From Escherichia coli (GTDB taxonomy: Bacteria > Pseudomonadota > Gammaproteobacteria > Enterobacterales > Enterobacteriaceae), in NCBI RefSeq assembly GCF_003991155.1, contig NZ_CP031293.1: a stretch of 64,000 bases of DNA; one strand, 5' to 3'. A program made the translations under genes and the position numbers. The notes beneath the pieces are model-generated. The model worked only from the letters and a program-made list of their open reading frames with translations. It did no database searches and was not told the origin of the DNA. Positions 1 to 11,533 of this stretch are shown one piece after another. Position 1 is the stretch's first letter. Every line of letters begins with the position of its first letter.

Positions 1-53
1 CCTGCCCCTATTGGTATATGTACCAGGATATTCTGCACACTAAAAAAATCCAT
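1..53 (-). CDS. pnuC: Nicotinamide riboside transporter PnuC; only the first 17 codons are present because the gene runs off the left edge
   Basis: The reverse complement reads ATG GAT TTT TTT AGT GTG CAG AAT ATC CTG GTA CAT ATA CCA ATA GGG GCA = MDFFSVQNILVHIPIGA, the PnuC N-terminus. It lies 37 nt downstream of the nadA stop, as in the nadA-pnuC operon. Confidence 0.8.
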   Translation of the reverse strand, partial: MDFFSVQNILVHIPIGA

Positions 54-90
54 CTTTCCCCCAAAGCGTAACGTTACGCCTTATTATTCG

Positions 91-1134
91 TTATCCACGT
101 AGTGTAGCCGCAAATTCCAGCATACGATTGAGCGGCACCAGCGCCCTCTCTCGCAGCCTTTCATCAACATGAACCTCGTGATTGCTTCCTTCCTGTTCTA
201 ATGCCTCTGCGATAGCCCGAAGGCCATTCATGGCCATCCACGGACAATGCGCGCAACTGCGGCAGGTTGCGCCCTCACCCGCGGTTGGTGCTTCCAGTAA
301 CTCTTTATCTGGCACCGCCTGCTGCATTTTGTAGAAAATGCCCCGATCGGTTGCCACGATAAGCCGCTGATGTGGCAATGTTTTCGCAGCAGCGATCAGT
401 TGACTGGTGGAACCGACCGCATCCGCCATATCGACAATAGCTTGTGGTGATTCTGGATGCACCAGTATGGCAGCATCCGGGTATTCTTCTTGCAAGCGGG
501 TTAACGCCTGAGTCTTAAATTCATCATGCACAATGCAGGCACCCTGCCAGCATAAAATGTCTGCGCCCGTCTGTTTTTGCACGTAACGCCCCAGATGTTT
601 GTCGGGTGCCCAGATGATTTTTTCACCCAAACTATCCAGATGATCAATAAGTTCGACGGCAATGCTTGAAGTTACCACCCAATCTGCCCGCGCTTTTACC
701 GCAGCAGAAGTGTTGGCGTAGACGACGACAGTATGATCGGGATGGGCATCGCAAAATGCGTTAAATTCTTCAACAGGGCAGCCGAGATCCAGTGAACATT
801 CAGCCTGAAGTGTCGGCATCAGAATTGTTTTTTCCGGACTGAGAATTTTGGCGGTTTCTCCCATAAATCTCACCCCCGCGACTAACAACGTAGAAGCGGG
901 ATGCTTTGCACCGAAGCGCGCCATTTCCAGAGAATCAGAAATACAGCCACCGGTTTCTTCTGCCAGTTGTTGAATTTCGGGATCGGTGTAGTAGTGGGCA
1001 ACCATCACCGCATTACGTTCTTTTAGCAGACGTTTTATCTTCTCACGGTAATACGCTTTTTCATCAATACTTAACGGCGTCGGCTTCGGGGGGAAAGGAT
1101 AAATCGCCGCTTCAGGATCAAACATCACGCTCAT
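91..1134 (-). CDS. nadA: Quinolinate synthase A
   Basis: 347-aa ORF with an essentially full-length match to remembered E. coli NadA (MSVMFDP...[17 protein letters not shown]...[13 protein letters not shown]). Confidence 0.97.
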   Translation of the reverse strand: MSVMFDPEAAIYPFPPKPTPLSIDEKAYYREKIKRLLKERNAVMVAHYYTDPEIQQLAEETGGCISDSLEMARFGAKHPASTLLVAGVRFMGETAKILSPEKTILMPTLQAECSLDLGCPVEEFNAFCDAHPDHTVVVYANTSAAVKARADWVVTSSIAVELIDHLDSLGEKIIWAPDKHLGRYVQKQTGADILCWQGACIVHDEFKTQALTRLQEEYPDAAILVHPESPQAIVDMADAVGSTSQLIAAAKTLPHQRLIVATDRGIFYKMQQAVPDKELLEAPTAGEGATCRSCAHCPWMAMNGLRAIAEALEQEGSNHEVHVDERLRERALVPLNRMLEFAATLRG

Positions 1135-1206
1135 CTTACCATCTCGTTTTACAGGCTTAACGTTAAAACCGACATGAGCGTAATATTCGCTGTTATCGGT
1201 GAAATT

Positions 1207-1224
1207 TGTTTTATATGCTAAACA
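1207..1224. promoter_or_regulatory. Candidate NadR operator (NAD box) upstream of nadA
   Basis: TGTTTT-ATATGC-TAAACA inverted repeat 73-90 nt upstream of the nadA ATG. It resembles the remembered NadR box TGTTTA-N6-TAAACA. Confidence 0.5.
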
Positions 1225-1351
1225 AGATAGTCGAATGGTGGGGAAAAGTCACTCGAATTACGCCTGATTCCACCGACGTAGAGTTGCTTGCACAGTAAGC
1301 TCTGACGATGTCATCAGGTTTACAAAGTGAAATTGAGGATACCTGAATAGC

Positions 1352-1378
1352 AAAAAAGCGCCTTTAGGGCGCTTTTTT
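1352..1378 (-). terminator. Rho-independent terminator of the lysT tRNA operon (bidirectional shape)
   Basis: aaaaaagcgcc-tttag-ggcgctttttt hairpin flanked by A and T runs, 5 nt beyond the 3' CCA of the last tRNA. Confidence 0.8.
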
Positions 1379-1382
1379 ACAT

Positions 1383-1458
1383 TGGTGGGTCGTGCAGGAT
1401 TCGAACCTGCGACCAATTGATTAAAAGTCAACTGCTCTACCAACTGAGCTAACGACCC
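1383..1458 (-). tRNA. lysQ: tRNA-Lys (anticodon UUU)
   Basis: The 76-nt reverse-strand sequence GGGTCGTTAGCTCAGTTGGTAGAGCAGTTGACTTTTAATCAATTGGTCGCAGGTTCGAATCCTGCACGACCCACCA is the E. coli tRNA-Lys. It is the seventh gene of the array. Confidence 0.97.
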
Positions 1459-1491
1459 CTTGCGGGATTATGCTGCTTTAATCATTCAGGA

Positions 1492-1567
1492 TGGTGGGTC
1501 GTGCAGGATTCGAACCTGCGACCAATTGATTAAAAGTCAACTGCTCTACCAACTGAGCTAACGACCC
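1492..1567 (-). tRNA. lysZ: tRNA-Lys (UUU)
   Basis: Identical 76-nt tRNA-Lys copy with encoded CCA. Confidence 0.97.
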
Positions 1568-1615
1568 ATACGGGTGTTACCTGAAAGATTTCTACTCGGA
1601 ACCAATCTTTAAAAT

Positions 1616-1691
1616 TGGTGGGTCGTGCAGGATTCGAACCTGCGACCAATTGATTAAAAGTCAACTGCTCTACCAACTGAGCTAACGACCC
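1616..1691 (-). tRNA. lysY: tRNA-Lys (UUU)
   Basis: Identical 76-nt tRNA-Lys copy. Confidence 0.97.
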
Positions 1692-1694
1692 GAG

Positions 1695-1770
1695 TGGTGG
1701 GTGATGACGGGATCGAACCGCCGACCCCCTCCTTGTAAGGGAGGTGCTCTCCCAGCTGAGCTAATCACCC
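1695..1770 (-). tRNA. valZ: tRNA-Val (anticodon UAC)
   Basis: The 76-nt reverse-strand sequence GGGTGATTAGCTCAGCTGGGAGAGCACCTCCCTTACAAGGAGGGGGTCGGCGGTTCGATCCCGTCATCACCCACCA is the E. coli tRNA-Val(UAC). Confidence 0.97.
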
Positions 1771-1821
1771 GATACTGCGCTGGATACTACAAACTACTTC
1801 CACCGAACCCACCGTCATTAG

Positions 1822-1897
1822 TGGTGGGTCGTGCAGGATTCGAACCTGCGACCAATTGATTAAAAGTCAACTGCTCTACCAACTGAGCTAACGACCC
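1822..1897 (-). tRNA. lysW: tRNA-Lys (UUU)
   Basis: Identical 76-nt tRNA-Lys copy. Confidence 0.97.
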
Positions 1898-1899
1898 GG

Positions 1900-1975
1900 T
1901 GGTGGGTGATGACGGGATCGAACCGCCGACCCCCTCCTTGTAAGGGAGGTGCTCTCCCAGCTGAGCTAATCACCC
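1900..1975 (-). tRNA. valT: tRNA-Val (UAC)
   Basis: Identical 76-nt tRNA-Val copy, 2 nt from the neighbouring tRNA-Lys. Confidence 0.97.
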
Positions 1976-2010
1976 GATACTACGCTGGATACTACAACTA
2001 ACTACGTTAG

Positions 2011-2086
2011 TGGTGGGTCGTGCAGGATTCGAACCTGCGACCAATTGATTAAAAGTCAACTGCTCTACCAACTGAGCTAACGACCC
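2011..2086 (-). tRNA. lysT: tRNA-Lys (UUU), first gene of the array
   Basis: Identical 76-nt tRNA-Lys copy. The order Lys-Val-Lys-Val-Lys-Lys-Lys matches lysT-valT-lysW-valZ-lysY-lysZ-lysQ. Confidence 0.97.
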
Positions 2087-2136
2087 ACTTTTTCGTTGCT
2101 TTCGGTTTGTTTGATATCCCGTGGCAACGGCGGCAT

Positions 2137-2164
2137 ATATTACTGATTTCAGACTTGAGCGCAA
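2137..2164 (-). promoter_or_regulatory. Candidate sigma70 promoter of the tRNA operon
   Basis: The minus strand reads TTGCGC-16 nt-TAATAT followed by a GC-rich discriminator (gccgccg), about 50 nt upstream of lysT. This is typical of stringently controlled stable-RNA promoters. Confidence 0.4.
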
Positions 2165-2250
2165 CAAAAATTTCGATGTAGATCACTCAACTGCTTATGA
2201 TTCGCACGACACGACCAGAAATAATGCGACTTCTGGTCGTGTGTTATGCA

Positions 2251-3042
2251 TTACATCGCGTTCAGACGTTTTTGCGCCTGTTTAGCGCCATCAGTACCAG
2301 GGTATTTACTGATAACCTGCTGGTATACGGCTTTCGCTTTTGCGGTGTCACCTTTGTCCTGCATGATGACGCCGACTTTAAACATCGCATCTGCAGCCTT
2401 CGGTGACTTCGGATAGTTTTTCACTACCGAAGCAAAATAATACGCCGCATCATCTTTTTTACCCTTGTTGTAGTTTAACTGACCCAGCCAATAATTGGCG
2501 TTTGGCAGGTAAGTTGAATCAGGGTAATTCTTGATGAAATTCTGAAATGCCACCATTGCGTCATCCTGGCGGGATTTATCCTGCACCAGCGCAATAGCTG
2601 CATTGTAATCCGTGTTTGCATCACCGCTTTTCACCGGCGCGCCAGCATTCGCAGTACCAGCATCAGCTGTCGGCGTCGTTGATGCCGCCGCACCGCTTTG
2701 ATCGCCGCTGGTTGATTGCGCCGTTGCACCACCGCTGCTGAGGCTATCGATCTGCAACAGGATCTGCTTTTGCCGCTCCACGACCTGATTCAGTTGATAC
2801 TGATTTTCCTGAATCTGACCACGCAGGGAATCAATATCGGATTGATTATCAGAGAGTTGTTGCTGGAGTTGGGTTAAAAGCTGGCTGTGAGCATTAGAAA
2901 TACGCTCAAGTTGAGTGACGCGGTCTTCGACCGAGCCTGAGCCGACACTACTGATTGGTGCCTGAGCAAAAGCGGCCCAGGGGGCCGCTATACCAACCAG
3001 TAACGACAGACTCAATAGTTGATGTCTGAAGTTACTGCTCAT
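2251..3042 (-). CDS. cpoB: Cell division coordinator CpoB (YbgF), a periplasmic TPR protein
   Basis: 263 aa with signal peptide MSSNFRHQLLSLSLLVGIAAPWAAFA, a Gln-rich coiled coil and a TPR C-terminus. It is the last gene of the tol-pal cluster. Confidence 0.95.
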   Translation of the reverse strand: MSSNFRHQLLSLSLLVGIAAPWAAFAQAPISSVGSGSVEDRVTQLERISNAHSQLLTQLQQQLSDNQSDIDSLRGQIQENQYQLNQVVERQKQILLQIDSLSSGGATAQSTSGDQSGAAASTTPTADAGTANAGAPVKSGDANTDYNAAIALVQDKSRQDDAMVAFQNFIKNYPDSTYLPNANYWLGQLNYNKGKKDDAAYYFASVVKNYPKSPKAADAMFKVGVIMQDKGDTAKAKAVYQQVISKYPGTDGAKQAQKRLNAM

Positions 3043-3051
3043 GCAATTCTC

Positions 3052-3597
<546 letters not shown>

Positions 3598-3607
3598 TTA
3601 ATTATTA

Positions 3608-4900
3608 TCACAGATACGGCGACCAGGCAGGGAATTTGACCTGTCCATCAGTTGCCGGAAGACGCGCTTTGAAACGCCCATCTGTAGAAACCAAATTCAG
3701 CACGGATCCCATCCCCTGAGAAGAGCTGTAGATTACCATAGTGCCGTTAGGTGCCAGACTTGGCGTTTCATCCAGGAACGTGGACGACAGAACTTGTACG
3801 CCTCCCGTTGCCAGATCTTGTTTGGCAATGTGCTGCTGTCCACCGTTGGAGCTAACCATTACCATAAATTTACCGTCGCTGCTGACATCCGCATCCTGGT
3901 TCTGCGAACCTTCCCAGGTAATACGTTGTGGCGCACCGCCGTTGATATTCACTTTATAAACCTGTGGACGACCGGCCTGGTCAGAAGTAAATGCCAGGTT
4001 CTGGCTATCCGGGAACCAGGTCGGTTCGGTATTGTTACTGCGACCATCAGTCACCTGGCGGATCTGACCAGAAGCCAAATCCATTACGTACAGGTTCAGA
4101 CTACCGGTTTTCGACAAGGCGAATGCCAGTTTGCTGCCGTCTGGCGAGAATGCAGGTGCACCGTTGTGACGCGGGAATGAAGCCACCTGACGTACAGCGC
4201 CATTTGCCAGCGTCTGAATAACCAGCGCGGAACGACCGCTTTCGAAGGTCACATAAGCCAGTTTAGAACCGTCTGGTGACCACGCCGGAGACATCAGCGG
4301 CTGCGGTGAACGGTGAACGACAAACTGGTTGTAACCGTCATAGTCAGATACGCGCAGTTCATACGGGAACTGACCGCCGTTGGTCTGAACAACGTAGGCA
4401 ATACGGGTACGGAACGCACCTTTAATGCCGGTCAGTTTTTCAAACACTTCATCACTGGCGGTATGACCAGCATAACGCAGCCACTGCTTGTTCACTTTGT
4501 ACGAGTTCTGAGCAAGTACAGTACCCGGTGCGCCGCCAGTGTCAACAAGTTGATAAGCAACATTGTAAGAACCATCCGGATTCGGAGTGACCTGACCGAC
4601 AACTACAGCGTCAATACCCAGCGCGGACCATGCAGCTGGTTGTACTTCCTGCGCACTACCCGGCTGCTGTGGCAGACGAGCGCGATCTAACGGATTAAAT
4701 TTACCGCTGTTACGCAAGTCGGCAGCAACGATGCCGCCAATATCTTCAGGTGCCGCACCAGGGCCCGCCCACTGGAAAGGAACAACTCCAATAGGACGAC
4801 CGGAATCTACACCGCTGTCGATCACAATGCGGACTTCAGCATGCAGAACTGATGCCCACAGTATGAGAAAACCAAATGCTACTCGTAATGCCTGCTTCAT
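3608..4900 (-). CDS. tolB: Tol-Pal system beta-propeller protein TolB
   Basis: Matches TolB ([21 protein letters not shown] signal peptide). The second of two tandem ATGs was chosen, giving 430 aa. Confidence 0.95.
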   Translation of the reverse strand: MKQALRVAFGFLILWASVLHAEVRIVIDSGVDSGRPIGVVPFQWAGPGAAPEDIGGIVAADLRNSGKFNPLDRARLPQQPGSAQEVQPAAWSALGIDAVVVGQVTPNPDGSYNVAYQLVDTGGAPGTVLAQNSYKVNKQWLRYAGHTASDEVFEKLTGIKGAFRTRIAYVVQTNGGQFPYELRVSDYDGYNQFVVHRSPQPLMSPAWSPDGSKLAYVTFESGRSALVIQTLANGAVRQVASFPRHNGAPAFSPDGSKLAFALSKTGSLNLYVMDLASGQIRQVTDGRSNNTEPTWFPDSQNLAFTSDQAGRPQVYKVNINGGAPQRITWEGSQNQDADVSSDGKFMVMVSSNGGQQHIAKQDLATGGVQVLSSTFLDETPSLAPNGTMVIYSSSQGMGSVLNLVSTDGRFKARLPATDGQVKFPAWSPYL

Positions 4901-5032
4901 CATATCTCCCTTATCTGGACCGATGGCCCACGATAATTTAGCAGAATGTTAACAAACTAAAATACACAAAACTACCAGAACCCCGTGGCAACCGGTGCCT
5001 GATGTTGACCGTCGGAACAGTCAACATCGCGA

Positions 5033-6298
5033 TTACGGTTTGAAGTCCAATGGCGCGTTTTTGAACACTTCATATACTGCCTGGCTTGGTGGTTTCGGGA
5101 TCTTCGCAAGTTTAGCTGCTGCCAACGCAGCCTGACAAAGTGCGGGATCGCCACCTTCAGGTTTGATATCCAGTAACATACCATCGGGTGCCAGTTTTAT
5201 GCGCAGCGTACAGGTTTTGCCTGCATAGGACGATGCGTCATAGAACTTACTTTCGATAGCAGATTTAATCTGCCCGGCATAGTTATTGATATCGGCCCCT
5301 GATGCGCCATTGTTTTTAGTATTACCACTCCCGGCTGGCGAAGCATTGTTCCCTTTCGCCCCTCCCCCCGTTTTCGGTGCATTCTTACCAGAGCTTAGCT
5401 CACCGAAAATATCATCTGCCTCTGCGGCAGCTTTTGCTGCAGCGGCTTTTTCAGCTGCTGCTTTTGCCGCTGCCGCTTTTTTGTCTGCGGCGGCTTTTTC
5501 TGCCGCTGCTTTCTTATCAGCTGCTGCCTTTTCAGCAGCCGCTTTTTCTGCTGCTTTTTTGTCGGCTGCCGCTTTCTCTGCTGCCGCTTTCTTATCAGCT
5601 GCAGCCTTTTCAGCAGCCGCTTTCTTCTCAGCTTCTGCTTTGGCTTTTTCAGCAGCTTCAGTTGCCGCTTTCTTTCTTGCTTCAGCTGCAGCTGCTTCTG
5701 CCGCTTCCGCTTTCTTCTTCAGTGCCGCCGCGGCTGCCTCGGCTTTTTTCTGCGCTTCGGCTGCGGCTTTGGCGGCTTCTGCTTCTGCTTTTTTCTTCGC
5801 GTCTGCAGCCGCTTTCTTCGCTGCTTCTTCCGCAGCTTTTGCATCCGCTTCAGCCTTCGCTTTAGCATCTGCCGCCGCTTTCGCTGCCGCTTCTTCCGCT
5901 TGCTTCTGCTTTAACTCGGCCTGTTTTGCGGCTTCTTCAGCCTGCTTTTTCTGTTCCTGAGCCGCTAACCGCTCTTTCTCAAGTTGCTTCAGGCGTTCCT
6001 GTTCAGCCGCTTGTTTCTCACGCAGTTCTTCAGCAGCCTGCTGTTCCTTCATCTTGCGCTGCTCATCAGAACGCTTCGCGCTTGATTCCTGGCTTTGCAT
6101 GCGTTTGTACTGCTCAACTACCGCACCTGAATCAACCATGACAGCGTCGATGGACGAACCACCGCCGCCTCCGGCTGAAGCTTCTATATTCTCATCGAAC
6201 GAACTCCAGATCAGCGCCGCAAATAAGATGACATGCAGCACTGCTGAAATAATTATCGCCCGTTTGAGCTTGTCGTTTTGTTCGGTTGCCTTTGACAC
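5033..6298 (-). CDS. tolA: Tol-Pal system protein TolA
   Basis: 421 aa with an N-terminal TM anchor, a long Ala/Lys/Glu-rich helical domain II and a C-terminal domain III. Confidence 0.95.
   Translation of the reverse strand: MSKATEQNDKLKRAIIISAVLHVILFAALIWSSFDENIEASAGGGGGSSIDAVMVDSGAVVEQYKRMQSQESSAKRSDEQRKMKEQQAAEELREKQAAEQERLKQLEKERLAAQEQKKQAEEAAKQAELKQKQAEEAAAKAAADAKAKAEADAKAAEEAAKKAAADAKKKAEAEAAKAAAEAQKKAEAAAAALKKKAEAAEAAAAEARKKAATEAAEKAKAEAEKKAAAEKAAADKKAAAEKAAADKKAAEKAAAEKAAADKKAAAEKAAADKKAAAAKAAAEKAAAAKAAAEADDIFGELSSGKNAPKTGGGAKGNNASPAGSGNTKNNGASGADINNYAGQIKSAIESKFYDASSYAGKTCTLRIKLAPDGMLLDIKPEGGDPALCQAALAAAKLAKIPKPPSQAVYEVFKNAPLDFKP
5440..5660 (-). repeat. In-frame tandem repeats encoding the KKAAAEKAAAD-type periodicity of TolA domain II
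   Basis: ctttcttatcagctgc(t/a)gccttttcagcagccgct recurs at 5509 and 5587 (78-bp = 26-codon period) within highly reiterated gctgc/gcggc/ttt units. Confidence 0.8.
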
Positions 6299-6362
6299 TC
6301 TCGGTTTCCAAAAACTGTTCGCCTGTTACCCGCTCTCTTTCAAGCAAGGGAAACGCAGATGT

Positions 6363-6791
6363 TTAGATAGGCTGCGTCATTAAACCAACCGATTTCACAC
6401 CCGCACTATGTAACAAGTTCAGTGCTTTAATTATTTCATCGTAAGGCACATCTTTTGCGCCACCGATCAGAAAGACCGTTTTCGGGTTGGCCTTGAAACG
6501 GCTGGACACTTCCGCCACCACCTGCTCTGGTGGTAAACGCTCCAGGCGATCTTTCTCAACCACCACGGTGTACTGACCAATACCAGACACTTCAACAATC
6601 ACTGGCGGATTATCGTTACTGCTCACCGCCTGTGATTCAGTAGCGTCTGGCAGATCGACCTCCACGCTCTGGGTAATGATGGGCGCTGTCGCCATAAAGA
6701 TCAGCAACAGCACCAGCAGTACGTCCAGCAACGGTACAATGTTGATTTCGGACTTGAGATCGCGACGACCTCGTCCACGCGCTCTGGCCAT
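6363..6791 (-). CDS. tolR: Tol-Pal system protein TolR
   Basis: 142 aa, MARARGRGRRDLKSEINIVPLLDVLLVLLLIF; ExbD/TolR family. Confidence 0.96.
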   Translation of the reverse strand: MARARGRGRRDLKSEINIVPLLDVLLVLLLIFMATAPIITQSVEVDLPDATESQAVSSNDNPPVIVEVSGIGQYTVVVEKDRLERLPPEQVVAEVSSRFKANPKTVFLIGGAKDVPYDEIIKALNLLHSAGVKSVGLMTQPI

Positions 6792-6794
6792 GGC

Positions 6795-7888
<1,094 letters not shown>

Positions 7889-7992
7889 TTTACATCCCGG
7901 TAATGCAACAAAAGTTAGAGCTTTTAAACGCTGCTACTATACGCGCGCGATTGAGGTTTGGGAATGAGGGCAAGTTAAGGGAGCGTAAAAAT

Positions 7993-8022
7993 TTATGGGC
8001 CTGGAGCGGCCCATAATTTTTT
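7993..8022 (-). terminator. Rho-independent terminator after ybgE (end of the cydABX-ybgE transcript)
   Basis: ttatgggcc-tggagc-ggcccataa hairpin flanked by A/T runs, 12 nt downstream of the ybgE stop. Confidence 0.75.
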
Positions 8023-8037
8023 AAAGAGAATTCTGAT

Positions 8038-8331
8038 TTAAAAGAAGAAGAAAATCAGCCCGACAATGAGAACAATATCGGCAAGCAATGGGCAAAAAAT
8101 CCCTTGCCAAAGAACCTTCTGCGGACGAAAGCCCACGCCGTGAATAACACCAGCACAGACGGCCCACATCAGCAATAAACCATGCCAGATTTCCAGTTCA
8201 CTGGTCTTCGCGGCGAAACGTGACGGGTCCCAAAACATACATCCTGCTAACAGAAGCGCCATCACGAAGGAAAGCGCCCGCAGGGGGCGCTTGTCCATTA
8301 CCGCATACAAGGTTGCGATAATCTTACTCAT
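8038..8331 (-). CDS. ybgE: Cyd operon inner-membrane protein YbgE
   Basis: 97-aa hydrophobic protein downstream of cydX, matching YbgE. Confidence 0.9.
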   Translation of the reverse strand: MSKIIATLYAVMDKRPLRALSFVMALLLAGCMFWDPSRFAAKTSELEIWHGLLLMWAVCAGVIHGVGFRPQKVLWQGIFCPLLADIVLIVGLIFFFF

Positions 8332-8444
8332 CAGATGTCTTCTTGACCGGCTTTGCCTGATTCGACGTGCTCAAGCGCCAGCGCGGTGATTACCCCAAAC
8401 GAACAGGCAAGAAGCGTTCCCAGAATCCATGCGAAATACCACAT
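8331..8444 (-). CDS. cydX: Cytochrome bd-I small subunit CydX (37 aa)
   Basis: Not in the ORF track because it is below the cut-off. The minus strand reads MWYFAWILGTLLACSFGVITALALEHVESGKAGQEDI. The start is 14 nt after the cydB stop, and its TGA overlaps the ybgE ATG (ATGA). Confidence 0.9.
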   Translation of the reverse strand: MWYFAWILGTLLACSFGVITALALEHVESGKAGQEDI

Positions 8445-8458
8445 TTTTAGCTCCTTAC

Positions 8459-9598
8459 TTAGTACAGAGAGTGGGTGTTACGTTCAATATCTTCTTTGGT
8501 GATACGACCGAACATTTTCCAGTAACACCAGGCGGTGTAGAGCAGAATGATCGGTACCAGAACCACCGCAACCCAGGTCATGACGTTAAGTGTCAGCTGG
8601 CTGGAAGTTGCATCCCACATTGTCAGACTTGCGTTCATCATGGTGCTGGACGGCATCACAAACGGGAACATTGCGATACCGGCAGTCAGGATGATGCAGG
8701 CCAGCGTCAGGGAGGAGAACACAAACGCCCACGCGGCTTTATCCATACGTGCAGTCAGGATGGTCAGCAGCGGCAGAACCACACCCAGTGCCGGAATAGC
8801 CCACAGAATTGGCGTGTTGTTGAAGTTAACCAGCCATGCGCCAGCTTCACGAACCACTTCTTTATTCAGCGGGTTAGAGGCTGCGTAATGGTCCATTGTC
8901 GATTTCACGACATAACCATCGATACCGTACATCACCCATACGCCAGCCAGTGCGAAGCAGACCAGTGTCACCAGTGCCGCCACCTGAGCCGTTGCACGGG
9001 TACGCAGGTGCAGTTCGCCCACGGTACGCATTTGCAGATAGGTTGCGCCCTGAGTAATGATCATCCCTACGCTCACCACGCCTGCCAGCAGGCCGAACGG
9101 GTTAAGCAGCTGGAAAAAGTTACCGGTGTAGTACAGACGCAGATATTCATCAACGTTGAACGGTACGCCCTGCAACAGGTTACCGAACGCTACACCAATC
9201 ACCAGCGGCGGAACGAAGCTACCAATGAAGATGCCCCAGTCCCACATGTTACGCCAGCGGGTTTCTTCAATCTTGGAGCGGTAGTCAAAACCGACCGGAC
9301 GGAAGAACAAAGACGCCAGCACGAGGATCATCGCCACATAGAAGCCGGAGAACGCAGCGGCATAGACCATCGGCCAGGCAGCAAAGAGTGCGCCGCCCGC
9401 GGTGATCAGCCAAACCTGGTTACCGTCCCAGTGTGGTGCAATGGAGTTAATCATAATTCGACGCTCGGTGTCGTTACGACCGAGGAAACGGGTGAGCATG
9501 CCCACCCCCATGTCGAAACCGTCAGTGACTGCAAAACCAATCAGCAGAACGCCAACCAGCAGCCACCAGATAAAACGCAATACTTCATAATCGATCAT
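8459..9598 (-). CDS. cydB: Cytochrome bd-I ubiquinol oxidase subunit II
   Basis: 379 aa, matching CydB. Confidence 0.97.
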   Translation of the reverse strand: MIDYEVLRFIWWLLVGVLLIGFAVTDGFDMGVGMLTRFLGRNDTERRIMINSIAPHWDGNQVWLITAGGALFAAWPMVYAAAFSGFYVAMILVLASLFFRPVGFDYRSKIEETRWRNMWDWGIFIGSFVPPLVIGVAFGNLLQGVPFNVDEYLRLYYTGNFFQLLNPFGLLAGVVSVGMIITQGATYLQMRTVGELHLRTRATAQVAALVTLVCFALAGVWVMYGIDGYVVKSTMDHYAASNPLNKEVVREAGAWLVNFNNTPILWAIPALGVVLPLLTILTARMDKAAWAFVFSSLTLACIILTAGIAMFPFVMPSSTMMNASLTMWDATSSQLTLNVMTWVAVVLVPIILLYTAWCYWKMFGRITKEDIERNTHSLY

Positions 9599-9613
9599 TT
9601 GACGACTCCTGTC

Positions 9614-11182
9614 TTAGCGTGCCGGCTGAGTAGTCGTGGAAGACTGCTCAAAGTGATAGCGACCGGTTTTCAGGCTGCTTGGGCCGAGGCGTGCAAACTT
9701 GAACATTAAGAACAATTCTGCCACCAGGAACAGGGTATACAGGCCGCAAATCAGCACCATTGAGAAGATGAGATCGCCTGCGGTCAGTGACGAGTTCGCC
9801 ACAGCTGTCGGCAGCACTTCACCGATAGCCCACGGTTGGCGGCCATATTCAGCCACAAACCAGCCCGCTTCTACAGCAATCCACGGCAGCGGAATACCGT
9901 ACAGCGCGGCGCGCAGCAGCCATTTTTTCTCGCCAATGCGGTTGCGGATGACACTCCAGAAAGAGAGCGCGATGATTGCCAGCAGCAGGAAGCCACACGC
10001 CACCATGATACGGAACGCGAAGTACAGCGGCGCTACACGCGGAATGGAGTCTTTGGTTGCCTGTTGAATCTGCGCTTCAGTCGCATCAGCCACGTTTGGC
10101 GTATAGCGTTTCAGCAGCAGACCGTAACCGAGGTCTTTCTTCATGCTATTGAACTGGTCACGAACCGCCTGGTCGGTAGAACCAGAACGCAGTTGCTCGA
10201 GCAGAGAGTACGCCTTCATCCCGTTACGAATGCGTTCTTCATGCTGCACCATCAGTTCTTTCAGGCCGATAACTGGAGTATCCACGGAACGCGTTGCAAT
10301 GATGCCCAGCGCGTAAGGGATCTGGATCGCAAATTTGTTCGTCTCCTCTTCCTGATCAGGAATGCCGAACAGAGTAAAGGCAGCAGGCGCAGGTTGCGTT
10401 TCCCACTCGGCTTCAATAGCAGCCAGTTTGGTTTTCTGCACGTCGCCCATTTCGTAACCAGATTCATCACCCAGAACAATAACAGACAGAACGGCAGCCA
10501 TACCGAAGCTGGCAGCGATAGCAAAGGAGCGTTTAGCGAAGGCGAAGTCACGACCTTTCAGCATATACCATGCGCTGATACCGAGGATGAACATCGCGCC
10601 AGTCACATAACCAGACGCTACAGTGTGAACGAATTTCACCTGAGCAACCGGGTTAAGCACCAGCTCGGAGAAGCTCACCATCTCCATACGCATAGTTTCA
10701 AAGTTGAAATCGGACGCGATTGGGTTTTGCATCCAGCCGTTCGCAACCAGAATCCACAGTGCGGACAGGTTTGAACCGAGCGCCACCAGCCAGGTGACAC
10801 ACATATGCTGAACTTTACCCAGACGATCCCAACCGAAGAAGAACAGACCTACAAAGGTGGATTCGAGGAAGAAGGCCATTAGACCTTCGATTGCCAGCGG
10901 CGCACCGAAGATATCCCCTACATAGTGGGAATAGTAAGACCAGTTAGTCCCGAACTGGAACTCCATGGTCAGACCGGTAGCCACACCCAGAGCGAAGTTG
11001 ATACCAAACAACTTGCCCCAGAACTTGGTCATATCTTTATAAATCTGTTTGCCGGAAAGGACGTAGACCGTTTCCATAATGGCCAGCAGGAACGCCATAC
11101 CGAGCGTCAGTGGCACAAAAAGGAAGTGGTACATCGCGGTCAAGGCAAACTGTAAGCGCGACAGTTCGACTATATCTAACAT
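9614..11182 (-). CDS. cydA: Cytochrome bd-I ubiquinol oxidase subunit I
   Basis: Matches CydA. The second of two tandem ATGs was chosen (AAGGAG 5 nt upstream), giving 522 aa. Confidence 0.97.
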
Positions 11183-11519
11183 CATGACTCCTTGCTCATC
11201 GCATGAAGACTCCGAGAGTGAACCCCGTTAGAAAGGGTCACACGCATGCCCCAATACAAAATTATTTGCTCGCCTCTATCGTTGCCATTTCATCAAAAGA
11301 GGAAAAGACAATGATAAAAAAGTTACAAATATGTTAATGAATAAACCAAATTGATCCCGTAATTATATTACGCCGCAAAATCCTTACAATAAACAGGTTT
11401 TTATTGAGCAAATTTGCATTTTTCGACAGTGATCAATTTATAGCGAAATTGTCACGATCTCACCAATTTGATCTACGACAATTTATCGTGTTTTGCAGAT
11501 TTTTTTCAAGAATTAAAAA

Positions 11520-11533
11520 TTGATTTATATCAA
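11520..11533. promoter_or_regulatory. FNR-consensus site in the cydA upstream region
   Basis: TTGATTTATATCAA is a perfect TTGAT-N4-ATCAA palindrome, about 340 nt upstream of the cydA ATG. cydAB is known to be controlled by FNR and ArcA. Confidence 0.55.

Noticed and set aside
1258-2167. ORFs 1258-1443 and 1970-2167 from the ORF track
   Set aside because: They read straight through tRNA-Lys genes (the peptide LVEQLTFNQLVAGSNPARPT is the tRNA sequence translated). They are not coding.
2209-2242. 12-bp stem hairpin (ACACGACCAGAA...TTCTGGTCGTGT) just downstream of cpoB as an intrinsic terminator
   Set aside because: The stem is strong, but no T tract follows it on the transcribed (minus) strand, so its function is uncertain. 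It is left uncalled.
5286-5960. 224-aa and 162-aa plus-strand ORFs rich in Ala/Phe/Ser or Leu/Pro/Gln
   Set aside because: These are antisense frames of the tolA Ala/Lys repeat region. Open frames arise trivially from the GCN/AAR repeat structure.
8429-9709. 426-aa plus-strand ORF
   Set aside because: It lies entirely antisense to cydB/cydA, which are unambiguous. The translation is His/Arg/Gln/Thr-rich and of low complexity, which is the typical shadow frame of a highly expressed gene.
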